In this document: piece after piece, positions 1-10,049 of the stretch
Layout of the letters: every line of letters begins with the position of its first letter
Position numbering within the stretch: position 1 is the stretch's first letter
IMG/VR virus record: IMGVR_UViG_3300028025_000090
DNA length: 64,000 bases
Direction: 5' to 3' (one strand)
Source: a virus
Made by a program: the position numbers and the translations under genes
The notes under the pieces: model-generated
What the model saw: only the letters and a program-made list of their open reading frames with translations
What the model was told of the DNA's origin: nothing
The model's database searches: none

Positions 1-245
1 GCATTTGAATAGCAATCAAAAATTGTTAGATTGGTATCATATTTTCCAGGCTTATCGTAATATTTGTTAGCAGTTAATGATGTGGAATACGTACCATCAC
101 CAAAATCCCACAAAACTCTAATATATGTAAAATTATTGACATTTGGTATAAATTTTAACGGCGTTTCTTTTAGAGCATATGCACTAAGAACTTGTTCGTT
201 TTTATAATCAATGATTTTAAAATCAAATTGTTGGTAATTACTCAT
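1..245 (-). CDS. Partial (runs off window start) PKD/Ig-like domain protein, probably a baseplate/structural protein
   Basis: Hand translation from ATG at 245: MSNYQQFDFK...VLWDFGDGTYSTSLTANKYYDKPGKYDTNLTIF; WDFGDG...PGxY is the PKD signature; overlaps the gp6-like stop. Confidence 0.7.
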   Translation of the reverse strand, partial: MSNYQQFDFKIIDYKNEQVLSAYALKETPLKFIPNVNNFTYIRVLWDFGDGTYSTSLTANKYYDKPGKYDTNLTIFDCYSN

Positions 246-2043
246 TTACTATTGAAATTTTTTGATATATTGATTGGGGATTGAAGAAATATGGAAATTT
301 GAAGAATGGTAATGTTGTCGTTTGGTTGATAATAAGATCATCAACGTCTTCATAAATAGCATTCCATGATACAAATGAAATACCATTGAAAATCTCATTA
401 CCATTTCTTGTTCTTATATTGGCGACTCCTTCCAAACTTAATATGTCCGATGTCAGCGATGAAATATCCAGCTTTTGCCCTAAGACATTTCTTGAACTAT
501 CGAAAAACGACAAGATGATATCACCAACTTTCTTTTTCAAATTTTCAGGATTTGTTTTAGAATCGTTTCTACGAACAATTTCCAATTTACTTGTATCCAA
601 GACGCTTTTACTTGCGACACCATTGGTAAATCCAATATCGAAAGCGACATAAATTGGATCACGAGGGACTACTTCGTGGCTTAAAATTTTTCTATCTTTT
701 GTTTTTTCAATGATCAAATTTTTCAAACTATTTGACAGAAATGGTGGATATGTCCCATCATCTTTCAGACTAAATTTAGGAACGCAGAACACGTTTACAT
801 TATTGAAGTCACAAGAATCTGCGAAATTTACTTGGTTTATAATTACTCTGTTTGATTTATTGGGATCAACACAAATTTTGTAGAAATAGTCAATGTAACT
901 ATCAATGAAAATTTTATTATTGACAGTCTTAACAGAAGAAATGATATTCGATATCTCTTTGTTCAAGAAAGTATCATAATCATCCTCAGTTACCAATTTT
1001 ATTTGAGAATTTAAATATTTGGGAACGTTGTTTTTGATTTGTTCAACACTTTCTGCTTCTGATATAGCAGTGGAATTGTCGGTATTGGTGAAATACAGAA
1101 ACGAATTGTTTACAGAATCAATGACATTTTCACTGTTGGAATTTGTAGTATCATTATAGATTTGAGTAAATCTAGTGGAGTTAAAATTAAACAATTTGTT
1201 ACCATTGATAGCACCTTTACTGATAATACCATTGAGGTTATCACTCAGGATGTAATAAATTGCAACTTCATCACCAGATTCAATTTTTCTACCGAAAATA
1301 CCATTACCGAATTTGACTTCATAGAACCCTGAATCGTTTAAACGAACACTGTAGTAACGATCATCGTTTTTAGCGAGGAAAATGTTATCCAATTCTTGGT
1401 ATTCATACCATTTACCATCACTCTTTTCTTTGACATACACACTGATACTTCCATCAGAAATAAATCTTGTATCGTTAGTATCAACTCTATTAACTACCAC
1501 AATTGGAAGAGTTTCAAACTCATCGCCATTTGCAGTATATATCGGGTATTCACCGACTGTGCCTTGATAAAGGATCAAATTATTTTTGATACTATCAATA
1601 TCCTGAGAACCAGTAATTGATTTTTCAAAATTGAAATCCTCCAATATCGTGTATTGGATTTTATCAACCAAGAAATATCCATATTTTCTTAATGTGTAAT
1701 TACCCACTCCCAAAGAACTACTTGCCACACATGACACGGGAACTAGAGATGTTTGTTTACCAGTTGGCTTATACCCAACCAAATTTACAATTTTGTTAAT
1801 ATTCTCATAAATCGTAGCTTGAGAAAACATACTCTCCGAAGCTGTCTGATTCAAATAAAACAGTAAGACATGGTAACTAAAAGCGATGATATCAATAAAA
1901 GAAGCTAAGTTACTCCCCTCATAATTCTGATCAGTGAAATTAGAATTTTCATTCAATTTTTGAATGATGAAATCTTTGAGAGAAAGCGCATCGAAATTGA
2001 TGTAAGCGTTTTTCGGTAAATTGTATTCAATAGATTCTTTCAT
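238..2043 (-). CDS. gp6: Baseplate wedge subunit, T4 gp6-like
   Basis: N-terminal FTDQNYEGSNLASFIDIIAFSYHVLLFYLNQTASESMFSQA..VGYKP, plus YEVKFGNGIFG and ESVEQIKNNVP..LVTEDDY; adjacent to gp25-like gene. Confidence 0.85.
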   Translation of the reverse strand: MKESIEYNLPKNAYINFDALSLKDFIIQKLNENSNFTDQNYEGSNLASFIDIIAFSYHVLLFYLNQTASESMFSQATIYENINKIVNLVGYKPTGKQTSLVPVSCVASSSLGVGNYTLRKYGYFLVDKIQYTILEDFNFEKSITGSQDIDSIKNNLILYQGTVGEYPIYTANGDEFETLPIVVVNRVDTNDTRFISDGSISVYVKEKSDGKWYEYQELDNIFLAKNDDRYYSVRLNDSGFYEVKFGNGIFGRKIESGDEVAIYYILSDNLNGIISKGAINGNKLFNFNSTRFTQIYNDTTNSNSENVIDSVNNSFLYFTNTDNSTAISEAESVEQIKNNVPKYLNSQIKLVTEDDYDTFLNKEISNIISSVKTVNNKIFIDSYIDYFYKICVDPNKSNRVIINQVNFADSCDFNNVNVFCVPKFSLKDDGTYPPFLSNSLKNLIIEKTKDRKILSHEVVPRDPIYVAFDIGFTNGVASKSVLDTSKLEIVRRNDSKTNPENLKKKVGDIILSFFDSSRNVLGQKLDISSLTSDILSLEGVANIRTRNGNEIFNGISFVSWNAIYEDVDDLIINQTTTLPFFKFPYFFNPQSIYQKISIVNE

Positions 2044-2053
2044 TTTTTATTAT

Positions 2054-2539
2054 TTAGAGGATAGTGTAACCGATGGTATTTAATTTTGATTTGATACTTA
2101 AACCTTCCACATCTAAAGATGGAATATTGATTTGTAGAAAAATTTGATATTCCTGTGCATCGGGATCAGCAATTACTGAAACATCTGTCACTGTAATTCT
2201 TGGTTCTAAAAGAGGTAATCTTCTTGAGATGTCATCTTCGATGATTTCTGAGGTATAATCATCCACAGGTTCAAACAGAAATCTTCTCAGATCGATACCA
2301 AAGGTAGGATTCAATATCTTTTGACCAGGTGCTGTCAAGAAACAATTAACAATACTATTTTTAATCGCTTCGACATCGAATATAGCTTGAATATCCTTCA
2401 AATTCTCTTTTCTATTCAATTGGTTATTGTAAGAATAAGCTGGCTTGAGGTCAAAATCGACATCTTTATACAAATATCCAGAAGAACTTGCATTTTTTTG
2501 TGCTTTTGACTTTTGAAGAGATGATATTTTAATACTCAC
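2054..2539 (-). CDS. gp25: Baseplate wedge/sheath initiator, gp25/GPW family
   Basis: EAIKNSIVNCFLTAPGQKILNPTFGIDLRRFLFEP...EPRI motif; GTG start 5 nt after TAAATA. Confidence 0.85.
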   Translation of the reverse strand: MSIKISSLQKSKAQKNASSSGYLYKDVDFDLKPAYSYNNQLNRKENLKDIQAIFDVEAIKNSIVNCFLTAPGQKILNPTFGIDLRRFLFEPVDDYTSEIIEDDISRRLPLLEPRITVTDVSVIADPDAQEYQIFLQINIPSLDVEGLSIKSKLNTIGYTIL

Positions 2540-2570
2540 ATTATTATTTAATTGATGACTAAATAATCAT

Positions 2571-3758
2571 ATGCCTAAGATTTCCCAATATGATCCAGCG
2601 ACAACACCTCTATCTGGTGGTGAGACTTTTATTTTGAATCAAAAAGGGGTAACATACAATACTTCTTTAAGCTCTATCAAAAATTATACGGACACCACAC
2701 TTCGTAGCTTATCCGCTAATTATGCTAGAGTGAACGTTAATAATAATTTTTCAACGACTCAAACTTTTGCTACAAGTGCGATCAATATAGGCAGCTTACC
2801 GATTAGCGCAACACGAGCTAATAGCTTTTTTGTAGGTAAAAGTGCTGGTAATGGTGCTACAGGTGTAACTGGTTCCAATTTCATAGGTAAGAATGCTGGT
2901 AGTGGTGCTACATTTGCAGGTTATTCCAATTTTATAGGTCAAGATGCTGGTAGTGGTGCTACAAATGCGAGTAGTTCTAACTTTTTGGGGCAAAATGCTG
3001 GTAAAGACGCTCTAACTTCTAATGGTTCTAATTTCATAGGTCAGGATGCTGGTGTTGGTGCTGAAAATGCAAGTGATTCTAACTTCATAGGTAGTTTCGC
3101 TGGTAAATATGCATCAGATTCTAGTACATCTAATTTCTTAGGTTATAAAGCTGGTTATCTTGCTGTATTTGCATTCGACTCTAATTTCTTAGGTAGAAAT
3201 GCTGGTCATCAATCTAGTGTCGCTATGGCAGGTGCAAATAATTCCAATTTTTTAGGATATAATGCTGGTGATGTTGCTACCTATGCAAATAATTCCAATT
3301 TCTTAGGTCAGAATGCTGGTGAGCGTGCTACTAATGCGAAAAATTCCAATTTCTTAGGTCAGAATGCTGGTGGCGGTAGCACTGGTGTCTATGCTTCAAA
3401 TGCAGGTTATTCTAATTTCTTCGGTCAGAATGCTGGTTATGGTGCTACAAATGCAAGTAATTCTAATTTCTTTGGTAAGGATGCTGGTAGTGGTGCTACA
3501 AATGCAAATAATTCTATTTTCATAGGTGAAGAAGCTGGTGCTAATGCTATTAATGCGAATAATTCTATCTTCATTGGTTCTAACTCTGGAGCATCTTTAT
3601 CTGGTTGTATTGCTTTAGGCACTGGTGCTGTCCCTACTGCACGTAATCAATTTGTTCTTGGTTCATCATCAGTTCCACTATCAACAGTAGACGGTGGCAA
3701 TTCTTTAGTTATAAGAATAAACGGCACTCTTAAAAAGATAGCTTTGCTTTCTGTCTAA
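2571..3758 (+). CDS. Tail fibre/spike-like protein with Gly/Asn-rich 17-aa repeats (predicted beta-solenoid)
   Basis: N-terminal KISQYDPATTPLSGGETFILNQKGVT adaptor-type segment, then about 15 xxxSNF(I/L)GxxAGxxAxx repeats; late-type promoter. Confidence 0.65.
   Translation: MPKISQYDPATTPLSGGETFILNQKGVTYNTSLSSIKNYTDTTLRSLSANYARVNVNNNFSTTQTFATSAINIGSLPISATRANSFFVGKSAGNGATGVTGSNFIGKNAGSGATFAGYSNFIGQDAGSGATNASSSNFLGQNAGKDALTSNGSNFIGQDAGVGAENASDSNFIGSFAGKYASDSSTSNFLGYKAGYLAVFAFDSNFLGRNAGHQSSVAMAGANNSNFLGYNAGDVATYANNSNFLGQNAGERATNAKNSNFLGQNAGGGSTGVYASNAGYSNFFGQNAGYGATNASNSNFFGKDAGSGATNANNSIFIGEEAGANAINANNSIFIGSNSGASLSGCIALGTGAVPTARNQFVLGSSSVPLSTVDGGNSLVIRINGTLKKIALLSV
2814..3596 (+). repeat. About 15 imperfect 51-bp (17-aa) coding repeats
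   Basis: Recurring TC(T/C)AATTTC(T/A)TAGGTCAGAATGCTGGT-type units. Confidence 0.85.
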
Positions 3759-3776
3759 TTCAGATTAAATCTTGAG

Positions 3777-4577
3777 ATGAAAGAAATATTTTTTGTCGGT
3801 GGGCTACCAAGATCTGGTAGCACACTACTTATGAATTTATTGGCACAGAATGAAAATGTATTCTGTACTCCTACCTCTGGTTTACCAAATCTATTAAACA
3901 ATATCAAGGTTTCTTGGTCTAATATGTTAGAACACCGTGCTGATAAAAATGCTTCTGCCGATGAAAATTTGAAAAGAATACTCAATACGGTGTTTTATAA
4001 TTATCATAACACTGATAAACCATTTATCTTTGATAAATCGAGAGCATGGGGACATAATATAGAGATGATCGAAGCGATAACAGGTAAAAAAGTTAAAATT
4101 ATCGCTCCTGTAAGAGATATTAAAGATGTTTTAGCTTCTTTCGAGTCTTTATACAGAAAAGGCTCATATAAATTCCCACCTCAAGGTCCGATGCCTCAAT
4201 GTGTGACAACTCAAGGTAGGGTGCAACACTGGGGTAGTCTACAAGGTGAAGTAGGAGCAGCATATGCAATTCTACAAGATGCATTTTTAAGAGGTTACAG
4301 CGATAGGTTTCTTTTGATTGATTATGATTACCTTACACATAATCCAAAATATGTTATGGATAGAGTTTGGGAATTTTTGGATATTCCTAAAATTGAACAC
4401 GATTTTGATAATATAGTCAATAAAACACCAGAGGACGATACAGTATATAATTACGTTGATTTACATACAATAAAAAATTCTATTATCCCTTCCAAGTCTA
4501 AAGCAAATGAGATTTTAGGAGAAGATATATGTAAAACATTAAAAGGTTACGAATTTTGGAAAAATTTAGCTAAATAA
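3777..4577 (+). CDS. Sulfotransferase family protein
   Basis: 5'-PSB loop GGLPRSGSTLL, FDKSRAW, PVRDIKDVLASF (3'-PB), IDYDYLTHNP. Confidence 0.85.
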   Translation: MKEIFFVGGLPRSGSTLLMNLLAQNENVFCTPTSGLPNLLNNIKVSWSNMLEHRADKNASADENLKRILNTVFYNYHNTDKPFIFDKSRAWGHNIEMIEAITGKKVKIIAPVRDIKDVLASFESLYRKGSYKFPPQGPMPQCVTTQGRVQHWGSLQGEVGAAYAILQDAFLRGYSDRFLLIDYDYLTHNPKYVMDRVWEFLDIPKIEHDFDNIVNKTPEDDTVYNYVDLHTIKNSIIPSKSKANEILGEDICKTLKGYEFWKNLAK

Positions 4578-4581
4578 TAAC

Positions 4582-4947
4582 ATGTCATTATTAGGAGACA
4601 ACACAATACCATTACGAGTACCAGTGCCGAAGAAGGTTAGACTGGAAAATACCACCAGACGTATTAAAGAATTATCAAAAAATTGCTTTAATAATTTGGT
4701 TAAGACCCAGAGAGATGGTATTGATATCATGTGGAATCATGAAAACTTGACTCCTCAAGAAATTATCGATGAATTGGGAGTTGATGTATTCAAAGTTTTC
4801 CATTTTCACGCTAAACTGACACAATTCATTTCAGAATTGGCACAATTTGATGGTTCCACTGTTGAATTGAAATATCCAACTAATTCATTCGATATGGATG
4901 TTAATGCTGGAACTGTAACTGTAACCAATCAACCATATCAACCATAA
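4582..4947 (+). CDS. Hypothetical late protein
   Basis: 121-aa ORF, ATG 5 nt after TAAATA (4571). Confidence 0.6.
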   Translation: MSLLGDNTIPLRVPVPKKVRLENTTRRIKELSKNCFNNLVKTQRDGIDIMWNHENLTPQEIIDELGVDVFKVFHFHAKLTQFISELAQFDGSTVELKYPTNSFDMDVNAGTVTVTNQPYQP

Positions 4948-4950
4948 TTT

Positions 4951-5970
4951 ATGAGAAAAAAACAAACAACACTAGGAGATGTTTACGGAGAAATGCTTAA
5001 AAGTGTTAAAACCGTTGTAAATGAGAACGCTCAGGAAAATATCAATAAATCCAAAAAAATTCCTAAAATGTCGAAAAATGCATTTAATGATAAAATGGAT
5101 ATCCAAAAAGGCGGACCTACAGCAGCAGATGGTTTCCATAAAGCATTGAATGATGATTATTGTGGTTGTGATGAAGAAGACAACGAAGAACAATATAATA
5201 GAATTTCTGAAATCGAGAAAAAATTGGAAAATCCTAATCTATCTGATAAAGAAAAAGCTTCTCTTGAGAAAAATCTCAAAAATATGAAAAAAAATATGCA
5301 AAGAGAAGAAGCTGAAGAAAATATTGTTGAAGAATCTAAAAAAATTGCAAGAGAAAGACTAAATACTTTTATGATGAAAAAATCTACATTTGATAAATTG
5401 TTTGAATCTGTTATGGGTGGCGATTTCTCCGAAGACGCTGAAAACGCTGCATTGGGTCTTTCCGATGCTCCTACTGATGACGAATTCGGTGATGACATGG
5501 GTGATGAAGATATGGGTGATGAAGTTACCTTTACTCTTGATCGTGCCACTGCTCAAAAACTTCATGATGTGCTTATGGGCGTTCTTGGAGGTGAAGAAGA
5601 CCTCGGTGACGAAGGTGATGATCTAGACTTCGATATGGAAGGCGAAGAAATGGACGAAGAAGGTGATATGTATGACGATGAAGAGGAATACGAAGAAGAT
5701 GAAGAAACCTTCCCTACCGATAAAGTTGGTAACGATGGGACAATTGGTGCTAAAAACTCCAAAGATGGTTCTCACAAACTCCAATCCAAAAACAACAAAG
5801 TTGGTGGTCGTCCACAACCTAAAAATCAAGGAACCAAAGTAACTGGAACCACAGATAAAGTTGGTAACGATGGTGATCACGGTCATGCTCTACACGGTGC
5901 AAAACAACCAAACATGGGCAAACAAAACCAAGTGTCTGATTTGAGAACATCGGAAGACTACTTCCGCTGA
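4951..5970 (+). CDS. Highly acidic protein, candidate prohead core/scaffold or internal head protein
   Basis: Long D/E tract, internal KSTFDKLFE motif, repeated TDKVGNDG; late operon ending in a terminator. Confidence 0.5.
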   Translation: MRKKQTTLGDVYGEMLKSVKTVVNENAQENINKSKKIPKMSKNAFNDKMDIQKGGPTAADGFHKALNDDYCGCDEEDNEEQYNRISEIEKKLENPNLSDKEKASLEKNLKNMKKNMQREEAEENIVEESKKIARERLNTFMMKKSTFDKLFESVMGGDFSEDAENAALGLSDAPTDDEFGDDMGDEDMGDEVTFTLDRATAQKLHDVLMGVLGGEEDLGDEGDDLDFDMEGEEMDEEGDMYDDEEEYEEDEETFPTDKVGNDGTIGAKNSKDGSHKLQSKNNKVGGRPQPKNQGTKVTGTTDKVGNDGDHGHALHGAKQPNMGKQNQVSDLRTSEDYFR

Positions 5971-5997
5971 TAATTTCTAGAAAAAAATAAACTCAAG

Positions 5998-6028
5998 AAG
6001 GGAGAATCGTGGTGATTCTCCCTTTTTT
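5998..6028 (+). terminator. Intrinsic terminator
   Basis: AAGGGAGAATC-gtggt-GATTCTCCCTT followed by a T-run. Confidence 0.85.
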
Positions 6029-6041
6029 CTTAAATAGTAAT

Positions 6042-6401
6042 ATGGAATCTTTTCTGGAATTTTTTGAAAAACACAACGGTGTCATACTAGAATACCGACA
6101 CAAAGATGCTTTCGGAAATATCAAACAGAGTCTAGTAAATCCTAGTAATAAAAAAGGTGGTAGTGATATTGCTCGTATGGTTAATAGAAAAAATATCTCA
6201 ACCAAAGGACCATATCAAAAGATCAGAAGTAATGGGCAAATTTTGATTGGTGATGAATTATTGAAAGAGTTGGGATCTTTGGGTGGCATCGAATTTGAAG
6301 ATGGAAAGGAAATTAAAAGAAAGAATTCCAATCAAATCATAAAAATGTTCACCAATTTACACGGTCAACAATGCGGAAAAATCGTAGAAATTAAAAAATA
6401 A
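6042..6401 (+). CDS. Hypothetical late protein with capsid-targeting-like N-terminus (MESFLEFFE)
   Basis: Start moved from 6009 to the ATG at 6042, 5 nt after TAAATA (6031); the upstream extension lies in the terminator. Confidence 0.6.
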   Translation: MESFLEFFEKHNGVILEYRHKDAFGNIKQSLVNPSNKKGGSDIARMVNRKNISTKGPYQKIRSNGQILIGDELLKELGSLGGIEFEDGKEIKRKNSNQIIKMFTNLHGQQCGKIVEIKK

Positions 6402-7192
6402 TGGCTGGATGTCCTACAATACCCTTATCGTGCTTAACACCTGAAAACATTTTCGCTGGTGTATATCGTCCTAATTGTGGTGGATTTGCTGATCCATCTA
6501 ATTTCCAAGCAGAAAGAGCAATTTTCAATTCTCAATTTGGAGAACTTATCAATAACTACGGTGTAACGATTGGTTACATGGTCAATACTTTTGAACCAGA
6601 CCAAATGAACTCTATTTACGGAGAACACACCACGATGTATTGGTTGAGTGCAATGGAAATCAAAGCATATATTCAAATGGAAAACGGTTCTCCGATTTAT
6701 GCGTTGGCTGGTATGGATTCCCCTGACACTTTGACACTGTATTTACATATCGATGAATTTGAGACGAAATTCGGTTCTTTGAGTTATTTCCAAAATCATC
6801 CAGTAGAACCCAAATCACAGGATAAGATCATCGTGTATCCATTTGGTTGTGATAGACCTAATGGTAGAAGTGCTAAAATATTTGAAGTGACAGAGGCGAT
6901 GGATGAGGATCAATCAGAACTCAATCCTGCAATGGGTCATTATGTGTGGAGACTTAAAGCTGTCCGTAGTGAACACAATTTCACCACCAATGAGCCTAGA
7001 GAAGCATTCAATCAACAAATTGCTGATAATTCTTACTTTGGTAAAATATCATCAGTATTGTTTCCTGAATTGTCCAGTGCTTTGAGTGCCAATAAGATTT
7101 ATACAGAAAATTCAGACGATATTGTGAGAAATGAGATATTCCCACCATCTACAGGAGGTAGTGATGGGAGTGTTTATGGTAATTACTTTTAA
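6401..7192 (+). CDS. gp14: Neck protein, T4 gp14-like
   Basis: ELINNYGVTIGYM..SIYGE..IKAYIQ..GMDSPDTLTLYLHIDEF..PKSQDKII pattern; next to terminase. Confidence 0.7.
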   Translation: MAGCPTIPLSCLTPENIFAGVYRPNCGGFADPSNFQAERAIFNSQFGELINNYGVTIGYMVNTFEPDQMNSIYGEHTTMYWLSAMEIKAYIQMENGSPIYALAGMDSPDTLTLYLHIDEFETKFGSLSYFQNHPVEPKSQDKIIVYPFGCDRPNGRSAKIFEVTEAMDEDQSELNPAMGHYVWRLKAVRSEHNFTTNEPREAFNQQIADNSYFGKISSVLFPELSSALSANKIYTENSDDIVRNEIFPPSTGGSDGSVYGNYF

Positions 7193-7194
7193 TC

Positions 7195-8967
7195 ATGGCA
7201 GCTAAAAGAAAAAAACAGGAGTATATGGGTAATCCCAATCTCCCAACTGCTGATGCGGTATTTGAATACACACCAGAAATGGTGATGGAGATGGAGAAGT
7301 GTAAAGGTTCTCTATTATATTTTGCATCTAATTATTTCTATATTATCGATCCCGATGAGGGTAAGAAAGTCATCCCTCTTTTTGATTATCAACAGAGATT
7401 ATTGAAATCTTTCGATGAACATCGATTCAATATTGTGTTATCAAGCCGTCAATCGGGGAAAACGACTGTAGCAACAGCATTAGCATTGCATGAAGCTTGT
7501 TTCAAAGATCATAAAAACATTGTTATTGTTGCTAACAAAGAAGAAACAGCAAAAAACATCTTCAAACGTGTTCGACTTGCATATTTGGAGCTACCAAATT
7601 GGTTGAAGCCAGGTATTAAAAAATGGGGTGATACTGGTTTGGAATTGGCTAATGGTAGCACTATTGAAATTTCGACCACGACTGGTAATGCTGCACGGGG
7701 TAAAACAATTAACTTGTTGCTATTGGATGAGTTGGCGTTCATTGAACCCGAAAGTATTGTTGAGGACTTCTGGAGATCCGTTTACCCAACTATTTCTCGT
7801 GCTAAAACCTCAAGAATTTTGATCACATCGACTCCGAATGGGGTAGGTAACTTGTTCCATCGGTTATATATTGGTGCAACGAAGAAAGAGAATCGTTTTC
7901 ATTATGAAAGAATTGATTGGTGGGAAGTTCCTGGTCGTGATAATGAATGGAAACAAGAACAGATCAAGGATTTGGGTTCTTATGAGTCATTTGCTCAAGA
8001 ATATGGTAACGAGTTTAATGATAATTCTCAAACATCGATTGACGAGGAGTTGTTCGACAAATTAAAACAAGAATGTAAAGAACCATTACATATTCTCAAG
8101 GATGGTGCATATAAAATATGGGAAGAATACGACCAAGAAAAAATATATGCTATTGGAGGTGACGTTTCTGAAGGTGTTGGTCTAGATTCATCTGTTTTGG
8201 AGATATTCGACATAACTAATCCCAAAGAAATTGTTCAAGTCGGAGAATATGTTAATAATAAGATAGGTCCATCTGAATTCACTAATGTCATTGCTGAAAT
8301 TTGTGGTCATTGGGGTAATCCATTGTTATTAATTGAGCGAAACAACCAAGGAACAGGTGTTTGTGATCGTTTGGCAAATGAATTCATGTATCAAAATTTG
8401 GTATCATGGGGTGCTAAAGAAGCACACAAAAACAAGCAGAATGGTATGATATCCCACATCAACACCAAATATAAAGCTGTTTTAAACATGCGTTATTTTG
8501 TAAATGAATCGAAATCTGTCACATTCCGTTCCATTGATAGCTTGAAAGAATTTAAAACGTTTGTGAGATATCCAAATGGATCTTGGAAAGCAAAAGGAGG
8601 GGAGCATGACGATAGAGTTATGGCTACTGTATGGATGCTGATGTCATTATACAATGACATTGCGGAATTGTATTTTGAAATTGAGGAATTGGATGATTGC
8701 GACAGACCATTGGTGATCAAACCAATTGATCAAGGACTATTCAAATACAAATCAGCAACATCTATTTACACCAACGAAGAAGTTGCTAAAATTGAACATT
8801 CCAACTTAGCACCAATGCTTTTTGGTGGGGAAGGTTCCATGGCAGCTAGTGACATGGCAGATTTAGAAGCACAGGGATGGTTCTTACCTCAAGGTTCCAT
8901 CAATTCCAATCCTGATAGGAATATTTCTTATGAACAATGGGATGCTATGAATAAGTATTTTGGTTGA
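7195..8967 (+). CDS. gp17: Terminase large subunit, T4 gp17-like
   Basis: YMGNPNL N-terminus, SSRQSGKTT Walker A, LLLLDELAF Walker B, TSTPNG, FAQEYGNEF, GGDVSEG and HDDRVMA nuclease residues. Confidence 0.95.
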   Translation: MAAKRKKQEYMGNPNLPTADAVFEYTPEMVMEMEKCKGSLLYFASNYFYIIDPDEGKKVIPLFDYQQRLLKSFDEHRFNIVLSSRQSGKTTVATALALHEACFKDHKNIVIVANKEETAKNIFKRVRLAYLELPNWLKPGIKKWGDTGLELANGSTIEISTTTGNAARGKTINLLLLDELAFIEPESIVEDFWRSVYPTISRAKTSRILITSTPNGVGNLFHRLYIGATKKENRFHYERIDWWEVPGRDNEWKQEQIKDLGSYESFAQEYGNEFNDNSQTSIDEELFDKLKQECKEPLHILKDGAYKIWEEYDQEKIYAIGGDVSEGVGLDSSVLEIFDITNPKEIVQVGEYVNNKIGPSEFTNVIAEICGHWGNPLLLIERNNQGTGVCDRLANEFMYQNLVSWGAKEAHKNKQNGMISHINTKYKAVLNMRYFVNESKSVTFRSIDSLKEFKTFVRYPNGSWKAKGGEHDDRVMATVWMLMSLYNDIAELYFEIEELDDCDRPLVIKPIDQGLFKYKSATSIYTNEEVAKIEHSNLAPMLFGGEGSMAASDMADLEAQGWFLPQGSINSNPDRNISYEQWDAMNKYFG

Positions 8968-8991
8968 AATTTAATACCATTATGATATTAT
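8964..8991 (+). promoter_or_regulatory. Sigma70-like promoter of the macrodomain-like gene
   Basis: TTGAAA-N16-TATTAT, then exactly 6 nt to the ATG at 8998. Confidence 0.55.
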
Positions 8992-8997
8992 CATTAT

Positions 8998-9381
8998 ATG
9001 AGATATACGCCAGATAATATTACAGAATTGAGTGATAACGATTACATGGTCTTCGGATCGAATAAATCGGGAAGGCACGGACTCGGAGCAGCTAAAACAG
9101 CACATAAGAAATTTGGCGCGGAATATGGAGTTGGAGAAGGATTGACTGGTAGATGTTATGCTCTCCCCACTAAAGGTTACAATTTATCTAGAATGTCTTT
9201 AGTAGAAATCAAAAACCATGTGGATATTTTTCTAAAATTTGCTAAGGATAATCCCGATAAGACATTTCTTGTCACACAGATTGGTTGTGGATTGGCTGGA
9301 CATAAGCCAAAGGATATTGCACCGATGTTCGAAGAACGAACAGCGAACGTGATTATCCCAAAAGAATTTGATGTTACTTGA
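8998..9381 (+). CDS. Macrodomain-like protein (A1S_2505-type phage family)
   Basis: VFGSNKSGRHGLGAA and VTQIGCGLAG correspond to the two Gly-rich ADP-ribose-binding loops of macrodomains. Confidence 0.65.
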   Translation: MRYTPDNITELSDNDYMVFGSNKSGRHGLGAAKTAHKKFGAEYGVGEGLTGRCYALPTKGYNLSRMSLVEIKNHVDIFLKFAKDNPDKTFLVTQIGCGLAGHKPKDIAPMFEERTANVIIPKEFDVT

Positions 9382-9406
9382 ACGGTTTTTCTATTAAATA
9401 ATATAG

Positions 9407-10012
9407 ATGTCAACACCTGTACAGCAATCATGGCTTAACCGATCAAGAAAAGACAAATTTCTTCTCGTTTTCGATTTGCCCCCAATTCTCAAGAAAATCC
9501 AATCGAATTACACGAGAAATAATAACACGATCATTCCTGATAGTGTGCAATTCAGCATCTATGGGACAATGGTTCCAGGTCTGACAATCAAAGCGATTGC
9601 GACTCGATATGCTGGCGATACTCTTTATGTGTCATCTCACTCCAAAGATCCATATCCTCCTGTAAATGTTAAATTTAAGGTAGATTCTGGTTATAATAAT
9701 TATTGGGCAATTTATCAATGGTTAAATCTGCAACATGACCAAGAAACAGGTCAATTTAATGCAAAGGGGATTGTAGTTGATGGTAATTTCTCTGATTATC
9801 AAACAGATATAACGATGTATGGTTTGGATGAATATGATAATAAAGTAATTCAATTTAAATATACGAAAGCTTTTGTAACATCAATCGATGAATTAGCATT
9901 CTCTCAGAATGAGACGGGTGAAATGGAGATTGAAAGCGGATTTACTTTTGTTTTCTCACAAATGCACATCAATTTACTGGGATGTGATAGATATAATCAG
10001 ACTCTTTCTTAA
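9407..10012 (+). CDS. gp3: Tail tube terminator/tail completion protein, T4 gp3-like
   Basis: PPVNVKFKVDSGYNNYWAIYQWL and YQTDITMY..IQFKYTKAFVTSIDELAF match the gp3/tube-fold pattern. Confidence 0.6.
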   Translation: MSTPVQQSWLNRSRKDKFLLVFDLPPILKKIQSNYTRNNNTIIPDSVQFSIYGTMVPGLTIKAIATRYAGDTLYVSSHSKDPYPPVNVKFKVDSGYNNYWAIYQWLNLQHDQETGQFNAKGIVVDGNFSDYQTDITMYGLDEYDNKVIQFKYTKAFVTSIDELAFSQNETGEMEIESGFTFVFSQMHINLLGCDRYNQTLS

Positions 10013-10049
10013 ATAGGAAATTTTTGTTCGGTATTTGCTAAATAATTAT

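Noticed and set aside
2814-3596. Repeats as a CRISPR array or DGR template/variable region (also 20778-20882 and the YopX blocks)
   Set aside because: All are in-frame coding repeats without unique spacers; no cas or reverse transcriptase gene and no adenine-specific variation in the window.
7195-8967. Intein or intron in the terminase, and alternative genetic code
   Set aside because: The terminase is normal length with contiguous motifs, and genes pack tightly under the standard code with no sign of stop reassignment.
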